A stretch of DNA of 64,000 bases. Origin: Hyphochytrium catenoides (Eukaryota; Protista; Hyphochytriomycota). Within the stretch, counting starts at the first letter, position 1. Every line of letters begins with the position of its first letter. A program made the translations under genes and the position numbers. Below, piece after piece: positions 38,719 to 50,473 of the stretch. Under the pieces are notes generated by a model. The model searched no databases. It was not told where the DNA came from and saw only the letters and a program-made list of their open reading frames with translations. The stretch spans positions 1 through 64,000 of the forward strand of contig FLMG01003999.1 in assembly GCA_900088475.1 (NCBI GenBank), written 5' to 3'.

Positions 38719-41258
38719 TTACTTTTTCACCAAGAGGTAAACCGAGGCACGACCCCAACTCATCTATCCAAATAGAGCGTTAGATATTCTAGGGTGAGGA
38801 GACTGCTTTTAGGATATTACTAACCTGGTGCAGCCCTAAATCAGTGACATGGAACTCATCTTCATCACCCTCCAGCAGCTTTAGGATGAGAACCTTTGCA
38901 CCTGTCTTGAGGTCCATGCATTTATCTCTCATTCGCCTAACATGGCAACTTCAAACCTACTATTATTTCCGTAAGCGGTAGTGGTCTTGTGCTTACCGAA
39001 GCAGATCCTCGTCAAAACAAATGGAGGATGTATAGATGAGATCGGCATCCCTCCAATCTACCTCAGTGAGATCCCCTGTCACTATTTGACACTCTGGCAG
39101 ATCTGCAGCATAAAGTGTCATGGTTTGAACGACCTGCGCGGCTGTCGCAGCCAAAGCAGGAAGAAGTTCCACGCCATAGCACTTAGAAAATGGAAGCCCA
39201 CTGAGGGCGGCAGCGCAAACTGCCTTCCCAATGCCACAGCCCAGGTCATAGAAAACAGCACCTGCAGAAGAAGTGAGGATGGTGGCGGAGTCCTTCTACT
39301 ATCAAGCTTGGTAGGCCCACTACCTGGCTTGGGGCTTGCGAGGTGAAGAAGCTTGGAAAAGGACAAAAACTCTATCTCTCCATAAACAAATGAGCTGTCC
39401 TTTTCGAGACCATGGTCAATGCGGTCCTCGTGGGATAGCTTTCCACCGTCAATCTGTCCGAAGAGAACATTGAAGATGTTGAAGGCAGATCGAGCGCTCT
39501 GCGGGACCAGATCCTCCTCATTGACTTCCTTCATATAGAGCTAAACTCAATGCAGAAAAGATGGCCCTCAAATCAATTCTTACCATGACGAACAGACCAT
39601 ACGGACGTTCAGGTGGAGATTCTTGAGAATACGCGGGGCCAGCACCTCCGTCAAAATGTAGGGGTGGTATATGCACGCTGAAGTAGCATCTGGTACTATG
39701 GCGTGGCCATTCTTCTGTCTCAACAAGAATCTCCACGTTGCCGTTCGGAGCCTCGACCTTCCACCTGTGGTCAGGACTGGTAGGATTTGCATCGGCCTCA
39801 GAAAGGTAGATTCCCATGCAAGAGTCGTTGTCCGTTGTTGATGGAGAAGAAGTACGGATTTCATCAACGAAAGTGCAGACAGTACTGCCGGACCAACCCT
39901 GGGATCCCTAAGCGACGAAAACGCTATGGCTTGACTAGTGCTGCATGTAAGATGTATGGTAACTATCACCCACCACTCGATGCAGGATATTCTGGCGATT
40001 GGAAGACTCGCCCTCCCGCAAGCTCGCTCCAGAGAATAGCTAAGGGTTTTCATTTATGAGAATGAGTCAGTTCTAGCATGCGGAGGATAAATAGTAACTT
40101 CCGTACCCCAATGTAGAGCTTCTTCAACTTTTCATCTTTGAGCGCGACATCAAAGAAATGGTACTGGCCACGTCTCAAACTTCCATGGTGCCAGACTCCT
40201 TCAGGTCTTGCGTTTATCCTTGTAGAAGGCATAGGCCGGCGAAGGATCACCTCTAGATCGAACAGGTTCCTCTCTGCATAGCCATAAATCCCAATGATGA
40301 AGCTGAACACGTATTGCCGTATATGTAAAGTGTGAGTCAAGTGCATGTAAAATGATTAAGCTGGTTACCTCCTTGAAGCCCTCAACCTAATGTCGTCAGG
40401 ATAAATATCAATACGATCCGCTCCAATGTTGGTAGACTTCCACTGGTATCTGTCGGTATCCGGCGCAAGATTACCATCCAGGAGGTTGTTGACGTATATA
40501 TCAGGATCTCCAATCTCCTCTCCATCATCACCAAGGACGGGAGCGACCTTCAACTAGGCCTTTCGTAAGCATCCTCTCTTTGACAATTGCACAGACCCAC
40601 GACAACACCATACCGTTAATACATCCTGCGGATCTGCTCTCTCAAAGCTATAGTATTTGAAGCAGTTCATCGCGACCTCGGCCCTTATGACTACTCCAGG
40701 CTTAAGTTTCTCTTTCTGAACTGGCTGAATAAGTTCACATATCAGTCGGAAGTAGATAGACTTCCCCGGAACCTGAGTAGAGCACCAGGCTAAGGGTAAG
40801 TTTAAGGTGATCCTAACGACAGCAAAGCTGCATACCGTTGATGAGAGTCCGAAGAAGATGCTCTTAGCTGCAGGGTACTTGGCCAGCTTGACTCCAAGGA
40901 GCCTCTCTCCTTTCCCACGGATATCCATTCCGTCCCTCCAAGAACCATCACAATGGTTCAACGTCGGAAAGGCATTATCAATGCCGTAAAGAGCGATGAG
41001 ATCTGAAACGGCACCCTTCTGAGATGAATAACCCGGATGAGTCTGGTCTCCGATTGGGCCCTTCAGAAGCTCACTCTCACCATCGTCAGAATAATATAAA
41101 GCTTGAAAGGCAAATAGTAGTAGGGCATCACTGGTCTCTGCTAGGCTTTCTAGAGATAAATGGTAATAGACATAGCCTTCAAAGGGACAAGAGCCGTAGA
41201 TAGTGCTGTTAAGACTCAATTCAGCCGGAGCAGCTATAGAACTATGACGAGTCCGCAT
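38719..41258 (-). CDS. Protein with about three PPC-like beta-sandwich repeats and a C-terminal DOT1-like class I SAM methyltransferase
   Basis: Repeat signatures FKYYSF...GDPDIYVNN...PDTDRYQWKS and GIYLSEADANPTSPDHRWK. Methyltransferase motifs SFVYGEIEF, FYDLGCGIGK, GVELL, C-terminal MSWGRASVYL. Start uncertain (41258-41390). Confidence 0.75.
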
Positions 41259-41433
41259 CTCTGCCTTAGTTATGGAGCTTTATCAAAAGTGGGAGGCTCT
41301 TGTATTGAAAGTAAACGATCCGCAATGGTACTAGTACGACCCAGCGCTAGCCATGGCCATGCAGGGTTCTTGAACGCCACACGCATCAACGTGATGCTTT
41401 TGGGTCTTAGCAACCGAGCTGGGAGCTTTCTTC

Positions 41434-41462
41434 AATCTGTGAATCTGTGAATCTGTGAATCT
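41434..41462. repeat. Tandem 8-mer (AATCTGTG) x3.6
   Basis: aatctgtg aatctgtg aatctgtg aatct read directly from the sequence. Confidence 0.9.
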
Positions 41463-42057
41463 CATGGGTCTCTGGACTGGACAAGAGATGAATTTCTCTT
41501 GAAACGACCAAAGCTCTACATTCGTACAAATACTAGAAAGAGCTCAATACTACAGATAGCGTTAGGCGGTTATCGATGCCATGGTTATCAGAAAGAGATG
41601 AGGCCGTTACCGGTGCTTCAGATCACTTTCGTTCGTTACTTCTTGACTTTTTGGTGTTCAACACCATGATGAGGCTCTCAGCATCTGTCGACCTTGGCAA
41701 ACAAACCTCTTGCCTTTGACGCCGCGCTCTCTTGAATGTAGTGCAGATTGACGGTGCTGAAGGCCGCAGGACTTCCAATGAGCAAACGTGCCCGATAAAA
41801 GCAAGAGCTCCTTTCCTACCCCAAACAGTTTTAGGCACGGTATCATAGTCAAAAGGGTTCTTCGCAGACAGGAGACTCGGAAAGTTCACGAGTAAAATGG
41901 TCAAATAGCTCTCCCCATAAAGACGTCGAAGCTATATCTCTTCTTCTTTCATCATCACGTCTCTGGCATGCCAGCTGCTGCTTGGACGCTGCGACTTCCT
42001 TCTTGCTTCTAGCCTCATGGTTACCCTATTTCACTGAAAGCAGCAATTAGTCCAAAC

Positions 42058-42717
42058 ATGGGGACATGCCAGTCCCAGCTGGAGGCTGTGAAGATCTTCC
42101 CGGCTGATAGCAATGGCGAGCTTTCAGCAAACTATGTGCCTACGTCTAAAGTCAAAGGTGGATATAAGGTCCTCGTCTCTGGACTTGCCTCTTGCGGAAA
42201 GACAAGTCTTATCTTAGCGATGGTTGCGTTTTTGGCCGAAGGGAAGCCAAGAGGAGATCAGGAAGGGAGGACGTTAGTGGTCCCAACGCCTCGGCCGTCA
42301 GAAGCAGTTCGATTTAGCAAACTGACTTATAGAGGAGCAACTTTATATGTAGGAGACCTCCCGGGCAGCATGCATCTCAGAAGAACGTGGTATAAGGACG
42401 AGGTGCTCAATGACACACGGCTCATCGTGCACTTAATAGACTCTCAAGATGAGGCGAAGCTAACGCTGTCTCTAGTAGAGCTCGAGAGGTTATGTGCAGT
42501 GTGCAAAGACAGAACGAAGCGCTTCAACTTGCTCATTGTCGCCACTAAGCAGGATGCACGGCACCCTATGGACCAGCTCTGTATCAAGGATCGCATTCAC
42601 GAGGCCGGCTTCAACCCTATGGTACCTTGGGATATCTTCCGCTGCTCAGTAAAAAGCGGGGAAGACTTGCTTCACATCTTGCAGTGGATAATGAACAGCA
42701 TCACTGGCAAGTTATAG
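42058..42717 (+). CDS. Divergent ARF-like (ARL) small GTPase; intronless
   Basis: N-terminal MGTCQS; G1 GLASCGKTS; G3 DLPGS followed by LRRTW; IVHLIDS; G4 TKQD; G5 CSV; Arf-type C-terminus ILQWI. Confidence 0.85.
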   Translation: MGTCQSQLEAVKIFPADSNGELSANYVPTSKVKGGYKVLVSGLASCGKTSLILAMVAFLAEGKPRGDQEGRTLVVPTPRPSEAVRFSKLTYRGATLYVGDLPGSMHLRRTWYKDEVLNDTRLIVHLIDSQDEAKLTLSLVELERLCAVCKDRTKRFNLLIVATKQDARHPMDQLCIKDRIHEAGFNPMVPWDIFRCSVKSGEDLLHILQWIMNSITGKL

Positions 42718-43399
42718 GTAAAGCGATCAGGCTACTGGCTGCCTTGGCCTAGCGCTACTGCCTGAGGCTCTGCCTTGGGCTTTCACTCAGGATCTGCCCC
42801 CCACATTCTGGAGCTAGACAGCAGTGCAAGTATCCCGCTTCAGTACTTACTTACGTCTAGAGGAAGCCATCAGCCCTGCCAGCAGCGAGACATAGCCTGA
42901 TAGCGCTTTAAGTGCTTTAAGGCCTAGCGATCTATCTTAGCCTTCATTATTCGCACTGCTTGCCTACATCTGACTCTATGTATGAGGTACTGATGGGAGT
43001 GAGAAAGGCTGTAAACACTAGAGGTCGACATATTCCCGACGTGATCTGTGTGGTTCGTGATATCTAGCGTATTTGATACTAGATTCATAATCGGAACGAT
43101 GCGTGGTCCTTTGCAATTCTCATCGTGTTGGCTTCTGATTCACCATCAAATCATCCAGTGTTACCCTTCAGCTTCTTGCTTCTTCTTATCGACTCATTTT
43201 AAGTTCCTCAGCTCCTCCAAGGCATTGTCACTAGTGAGTGAGGCCACGAGCGAGCTATCAGCGCGTGCAAGTTAACTGTACGACTCTGTTTGGTTGTGAC
43301 ACAGCGCTAGCTTCCTTGGAGACGCTCGTGAAGTGAGCGCTGTGCCTACTCCTGCGCAAGACTAGGACGGGACTAGTTCCTGCCTTTGCATTAGAAAAG

Positions 43400-45586
43400 A
43401 TGTACCTTGAGGACACTGTCCGCACGGGGCGCTTGGACTACTACCTATTTTTCACAGAGCAGGTGAACGACATTGGTGAGATTGGGTCACCCTTTCGCGC
43501 CACAGCAACAGTAAGTGCGTCAGCCCTTAGGGTATCGCCTCTTTGCTCCTGAATCGAGAGCTTGTCTAACTCACTGCACCCTTGCGATATACCTGATGCT
43601 TCCCCAGTCGCTACTGGCCGGGGCCGTCAAAGACGCAAGTCATGGAGTAATTGAAAGGGACGATGCTAAGCGTGGCCCCAAAGGCAATGGTTTAAGGTCC
43701 AAGGAGCCGTCATCGTCAGCCTTCACCTCTAAGCCCTCTGGTGAGGCTCACGTCACTTTTATAAAGACGGCTAACTGTTTTGCCTCTTGACTAATTTTTT
43801 GTTTCATACATGGTAAGCAATGAAGTTTCTCAGTTCTGCTTTTGTGTCAAGCATGTTTGCTGATGGAACCCAGTCAGAGCAGTATGACCCTAGTCATCTA
43901 TCAAGGTGTGAGTCCGAAGAGTTATGGCTTTCGTTACGTTTGATGTGTGGATTTCTCTTCAAGGCTGACTACTTCCATTTTCAATGCAGTTCTGGCCAGA
44001 GCGAAAGTGACCGCATCATTAAGGCACTTCAAGATATAGTCTCGGGAAAGCTAAGCACTGAGGTATAGATGACATAGACTGTCTGGTACAGTGCCAAAAT
44101 GTGGAGCGAGCTATCGTGTTGAGTGGCGGATGGTGTACTCAATGTCCTTGTGACAGGAACTTACCAATCCTGAGTACTGGCTTGATATTTCGGATGAGCT
44201 TTCTGTGGAGCCCTCCAGCCGCAGATCCATCAGAGTAGATCCGTTCATGCAGGAAGAAAGTGCTAAATCGGAGCTGAAGGTTGGAAGAACTTCACGTCGA
44301 AGCCAGTCTTTCCTATGTGACGCCTATGATACAGGCACAGGGCTATTTTACTTTGGAGAATATCTTTATAGACGCAGACTTTGAAAAGATCTCCACTACC
44401 ATTCGTCGTCTGAGAGCACGAGGGTGGCCACCTGTAAGACTCCTTCGTTTGTGGTTCTTGTTGTCTTTCATGACGACTTATATGTGCTGTCATCATGTCC
44501 GTGTCCGTAAAGGTGTTTGCCCTTATGTACAATGAGACTTGGGACCTTCTAGAGAAAGTATGGGGTATGTATGTTCTCAACCCTGTCAAAATCAGCTCAT
44601 ATCAGCTCCGTCAGACTAATGCTGGAAGGTAGACTTCATGATCCCTTTGCTAGGCGAAGACCCTGTCCTGGAACCCTCAGTTTTCCTCTGGGCTCTTTCA
44701 CCACGGCAAGAAGCTCAAAAGGCAGGAGAGGTGAGACCATGCTCCTTTTTGGCGGAGGTTGTGAGAGTCACGGCATTATATTCCTTGGCAGCGGACTCAG
44801 GGCGATGAGATAGGGAACAACTTTGGACTGCCACACCGGGACTACCCCTACACTGAGTGTCACTTTGAGGACGGGGGATACAAGGTAAGCTACGTGGATC
44901 ACCCTTGTAAAGTTCTATGCTCATTTGAGCTTGCAGATTCTCAATATTTGGATTCCCCTGACTCCTGCTACCCTGGATAACGGCTGTCTTTACGTGCTCC
45001 CTAAAGAGTTTGATGAAGATTTTGATAAACCGGACTCGGAGACACATATGGTAAGGGAAAGATTGGCAGTCTGTTCGGTTTGGTCCGGCAGCCATGATAC
45101 GGTCTTATTGTCCTCTCGTATGAACGCAGAAATGTGCGACTCCAGCTCTTGGCGGAGCAACGAAAATCCGATTCGACATCCAAGGTTCAAGGCCAGTCCC
45201 TGGCCCGCCAGGGATGCTCGTTTGCTGGGAAGGCAACCTCATTCACTGGGGATCGCGGTAAGCTTTCAAAACTCTAGACCTACTCCTATCATTCACCGCA
45301 TATCAAAGTGTAACAACATGCAACGTCTAGCTGTAGCCGCAACGCCAAGATTCCTAGGATCAGTATTGCTTGCACATTCCGTCATCCCACAGCCACTGAG
45401 ACTCATATAACCGCCGATGGGACACTGCCTCCGTTGTCCCGCTCCCTTCTCCAGCAGCGGCTGAGCTTAGCCGACCGCATTCGCTTTATCTCGAAGTCCC
45501 TTCTTATCTACAAGTTTTGGTACCCTATGGAGAGATCAATGTTTCCGGATTTCTTCTTTCAGTCACTGGGTCTAAGGGATCTGTAA
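43400..45586 (+). CDS. PhyH/phytanoyl-CoA dioxygenase-like Fe(II)/2OG oxygenase with an uncharacterised N-terminal region
   Basis: GWPP, FGLPHRDY (HxD), LNIWIPLTPATLDNGCLYVLP, distal IHWGS. 5' end uncertain. Confidence 0.8.
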
Positions 45587-45620
45587 CATTCAAAAGCATA
45601 GGTGTAATTGTCACTTCCTT

Positions 45621-46488
45621 CTACTCCTGGCCAAAGAGTACATTGTTCATCGTATAGTAGCCAGCAGGGCGCTTTGTGAGCCACTTCGCCGCTCTTAGGG
45701 CTCCACTGGCAAAAACATCCCTTGTTCCAGCACGGTGGGTCAGCTCGATGCGTTCATAATCGCTGGCGAAGTAAGCTGTATGTAGTCCGACCTCGCCGCC
45801 CATCCGCAGCGCATGCACTCCAATCTCCTTCTTGGTTCGGGCTCCCACTTGACCCTCTCTGCCGTATACCAGGTCGCTGCGAATATCCCTTCCGGTTGCT
45901 GCGCACAACGAGTCTGCAATAGCCATTGCCGTGCCTGATGGAGCGTCAACCTAGAAAGAACCACGTCAGAACGTTGCAATGGTGCAATAAGGTTGTAAAG
46001 AGGGGCACCTTTTTATTATGATGCGCTTCCACGACCTCAATGTCAAAGTCTTCGCCTAGAGCTTTGGCAACATCAGCCGCGACCTTGAGGATAAGATTTA
46101 CTCCCAGCGAAAAATTGCCTGCATGAATCATGGGGACGCTGTCAGATAAGCGTCGTAGCTCCTCCTTCCATTCAAAGTCCTTCGCGGTAGTCCCGATGAC
46201 AAGTGCTATCTTCAGGTCCTTCGCTTGACTGGCAATCCAAGTACAAGCCTCTGGTATGGAAAAGTCAATTACCACATCGGCCCCGGGTGCTAGGCGATCG
46301 GTGAGCGGAATGCCCGCGGCTGTCCCCTCAACTTGAGGCTCTAACTGGGAGATTGGCTTTCCTATCAACGGATGGCCAGCATATTCAATGGCCTGAACCA
46401 ACTGTAGCTCAGGATCCGTGCTAGCGAGCGCCAGAAGTCGGCGGCCCATGCGCCCACCTGCCCCATGTATAGCTACCTTGACAACCAT
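45621..46488 (-). CDS. dapB: 4-hydroxy-tetrahydrodipicolinate reductase (DAP lysine pathway), classical bacterial type, one intron
   Basis: KVAIHGAGGRMG, VVIDFS, VIGTT, NFSLGVN, EAHHNKK|VDAPSGTA (intron 45951-46008), ELTHRA..RDVFASGA. Confidence 0.95.
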
Positions 46489-47302
46489 TGGAAAGGAGCT
46501 CACCAAGGTAAGAGGTGCCGCTCGATGTGTCCTAACTCAGCAATAGCCCACCTTCCGTTGCCCTACCTTTCGCCTACTGATTTGAAGGATAGTAAGCAAA
46601 CTCGGTCCCAAAAATGGGTGGTGGCCTATGCTCGCGCAGCTAGAAGTATCTTATCAATGTAGAAGAAAGAAGATCCTAGGGCGCAACAGCTGCTCATCTT
46701 CTTCTCCCCACCGACGACGAGAGCACCGGCAGCACGGCTTCCATTGCCGCTTCCCTCTGCAGCCTGCCGTCGCTACAAGGGACAAGGGACTAGAAAAGTT
46801 CACCTTCAACAATTGCAGCAACAACACAACATTCTGACATGCAACACTGAGGATCCTAGCCGTTAGCCCCAACAGAAGCACATGTAAAACGGTAGTGATC
46901 CTCTGGGCTGTTGACCGAGAAGAGATGGGCAGGCAGGACTTTGTCCCTCCGAGTTCCTACCATTTGACCTGCCTCAATGTCTCCACGTATCTGAAAGTCG
47001 ACACCGAGTGCAGTACCCGGGAAAGTGTAGCAGTAGCGCAGGATGAGAAGCTGGCGACTGAGTGATGTCCACTTTCCTTATCACCCTCTCTGCATAGCTT
47101 CCCGTTGATGTATTAGAAGTATGGATGAATAGCCCGAGGCTCAAGTCACTGAGCTCCATGTTCAGCCCGCAGAGTGACGTCCGATGATCATTCGCAAAGA
47201 GTTTATAACATTGAGTTGACGTTTTCTAACGAACTGGATGCTAATCCTGACTAAACTATATCTCCCACATAATCCAACTGTCTCGACAAGTGGTGTCCGT
47301 CC

Positions 47303-50300
47303 TCATATCCCTTTATACATAGCTAGATCTTTCCCTTCAGCTCCGCACCTGTGGCTGCAGCTTCTGTACCGCTACTGTCCTCTAACAAGAGGTGAGTCAG
47401 TTACTATTAGGGGTCCGAATCGGAGCTTGTGCCAGCCTTATCACCTGGGCTATCCGCAGCCTGCTTCTGCACGTTTTTATCTTTCGCAATAGGTTTTTCA
47501 TCCTCTTCGTCGAACTCTACCTCACTGTCCGTATCTTCATCCATATTACCGCCAATCTGTACACAAAGAGAGTCAGACACAAGCCAAGCGCTATCAAGCG
47601 AATTCTTATGGCGTGGTAACTCATCTTACCGGATCAAAGAGACCAGGCTCATCGTCGAGAGCAGCATCCTCGGGGTGAATCTCTATCTTGGGAAGCGAGT
47701 CTGCTGCGATGACTGTGAACTTGACCAACTGTCGGACATCCAAGCCCAGGTAACAGTCACTCTTTACCAGTACATCTACGCCCCACTCTCCAGGTTGAGG
47801 CGGAGATGGAATGTTCACTTTCTCGATGACCTGTGCAGCGTTGAGTAAAGCAAGAAAGGCATATGAGCGTCATAACCAATCATCAAAGGAGAGTTATAGC
47901 AGTTAAGGGAGATGACATAGGGGAGTGTGGAACGAAAATGGCTGATGGGGATCAGAAATCTCATGTAGAAACCTTCCAGCGAGTACGATGTAATCGCTCA
48001 AGTTGGAGATTATCATCACGTTCCGGCCAGCAGTAGGGAAAGACGCGACATTAGAGACAAACCTTTCAGAACGAGAAAGAAATAAAGACCACAGATACTT
48101 GATAATGAATGCCAGAAAATGGCTGGAGACGACCTCCCTCTTTAAACATACCACTCTGTCCTGGTTGGCCACCTTGTGAAATGTCATGAGGTTAAGTCCA
48201 GCGTCTCTAACAAAAATAAACCATCTCTCTTTGCGCTCTAGAGGATACCGGTCCGAATATACTGGAAGCGCCTGCTCGCCCTCCTTCACATTGTTTCTTG
48301 TTATTTTCACGGTCAGGGTCATTAAATCACCAACCGCGATGTTAGGTTCGTCCTCGACTCCAACAGAGCACTTTACCCGGCACGCACGTCGTTGTTAGAG
48401 AGAGCAGATAGTCGTTAGTCCTGAAATATTACTGAGGATCGAGGGTATCGTCCTAATCCATCTCCTGAGTCAACCTACCTCTACGGTGATGTCAGGGAAA
48501 ACCTTCAGTGCATTCTCTACGTCCTGAATCTGCTCCTCGCTGAAATTGACCATCCCTTTCCGCTTCTCTGGTTCAAGCTTCAGGAACTGCTGCAAGCTCT
48601 TTACGCCATTCTTTCCCGACATAGCATGCTTGACCTCATACTCTAAGAAGACAATCAAGACGACAAATAAGAAAAAAATTTCCACGGCCCGATGGCAAGG
48701 GCAAAGGGCAGGACGGGTCGTCCAGCGTGGGTCATAATAAGGGAGCTTCGTACAGGAAAAAAAGCCTGACCAGTAGACAACGGACAATCCAAACAGTTGA
48801 CAACAAGAGCAAGCATGTGGTACCAGTAAAATGCGGAATCTGAAGGAGGCTCGAGTCCTTGGCCCAAAGTCCTTGCACCAAATATTGGCTCATGTCCAGC
48901 ACAGCGTTGGCCGTCTGCATCCAGTTCCTCATAGTGCAGATGTCAAGCATGGCATCTACCAGGCGAACTGAGTCCTTTAAAATGAACTTGAGGTCTTTCT
49001 GCAGAAAGTTATCGCTAGCTGTTAGATTATTGACATGCATTCGGCAAGGATTAAGGTGACGAAAGATATGACGGAGGTCTGGCACCTATTGACCGAGACA
49101 ATTGGTTGCAGNNNNNNNNNNNNNNNNNNNNNNNNNNNNNNNNNNNNNNNNNNNNNNNNNNNNNNNNNNNNNNNNNNNNNNNNNNNNNNNNNNNNNNNNN
49201 NNNNNNNNNNNNNNNNNNNNNNNNNNNNNNTGATAAGGTTGGTCCTTAACACGGCGGGGTGGTTGTACTTGGGTTTATTCATCTGCTCTCCCTTCATTTG
49301 CTTCATCAATGACCTCAATTCCTCCTCAGTAGAAGGGTTCTGGAAAGAGAAGGAGCCAAAGGTTAGTGCATGAGGGCTTAACCACTACCATGGCGGTACA
49401 CACCGCTGGCAGCTTCCTGAACTCTGCTGCTCCGGCAAGAATCTCTGGCATAAGCTTCACGTGTGTGTTCTCGGACAACGTAAAATTGAAGAAGCCATAC
49501 GTGTCATACAGGATGTTGTTATCGCCATACTGCTTTGACTTCGAGTACCTTAGAGTGTAAAGACATTGTTAGGAGCAGTGTCTCTTTAAGATGAAAAGGA
49601 TTTACTGAGGACAAACCATAGTGCGACGACAGACGGGACCACGATGCACAGGCCCATCAGGTAGATGAGAAGGATGAGATTGTGGGTGCTCTTGTCCTCG
49701 AAGAACACTGGCAATCCAAGAGAGACCTGAAGAAGCAGTAACGTTACTCCAAGACAGTTGGGCCCATTGATGACTGCCAGTCCAACTACCTACCTGCAAA
49801 GGTTGTCGACCATCAGGATTTCCATACTTTTCAAAGTTCTCCCGAGCTGCGTCGTCAGTCAGCGCTTCGTAGGCCTTGGCTATCAGCATGAACTTCTGTT
49901 CCGCGACGGGGTCATTAGGATTCCTATCGGGATGGTACTTGAGACTCAACTTGCGATAGGCTCTTTTGATAGCTTGCTCAGGTGTCCCTACAGCAATACC
50001 TAGAACCTACAACGGAGCAGGAGCGGCACAGGCAGATAGCACTTAGCAGAGCCGAATGCCGCCGAGCATGAGGGGTAGAGTTATTACCGAGTATGGATCA
50101 AACGACTCAATCTCTGGAACATCCACGACCAAGGTGATCAGCTTCACGAAAAGCAGCCACGTCAACGCCAGAAGGATGAGATGGATCATAAACCCAACTG
50201 TGAAGACATTGTGCATTGCTTTGTTTTCTTGCTCGATCTCTTTTATCTTGCTCCGTTCAATCTTTGTCCGAGCCTAAAATAGGAGCCCAAGGAACCGTCA

Positions 50301-50473
50301 TTATTGTTTCTAACGCAGCGGCTGCGTTACATCAAACTTACCGTAAGATGTTTCCGCGACCCAATGATAAAATCCAGAATCCTGCGGAAGGCTACCCATG
50401 TTCCCGGTATAAGGTACAGCGTGCACATACTCAGTGCAAAGTAGTAGAAGGCTGTATTGTCGTACAGCGCCAT
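47303..50473 (-). CDS. SEC63: Translocon J-domain protein SEC63
   Basis: MALYDNTAFYYF, FDPY, lumenal J domain LSLKYHPDRNP...AYEALTD...YGNPDG, Brl domain LLQIPHF, SDCYLGLD, acidic tail. Gap at 49112-49230; stop at 47397 or 47303. Confidence 0.95.
47941..48032 (-). ncRNA. Intronic box C/D snoRNA candidate
   Basis: Lies in the ~320-nt SEC63 intron. Box C GTGATGA at 48019-48013, box D CTGA at 47955-47952. Terminal stems GGA/TCC and GCTGG/TCAGC. The D-guide TTCTACATGAGATTT is antisense to an LSU rRNA-like AAAUCUCnnGUAGAA segment. Confidence 0.7.

Noticed and set aside
41623-41904. 93-aa minus-strand ORF
   Set aside because: No ATG start, motif or splice support.
46654-46881. Hydrophobic ORF as a possible targeting exon for DapB
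   Set aside because: No convincing in-frame splice to the DapB exon was found.
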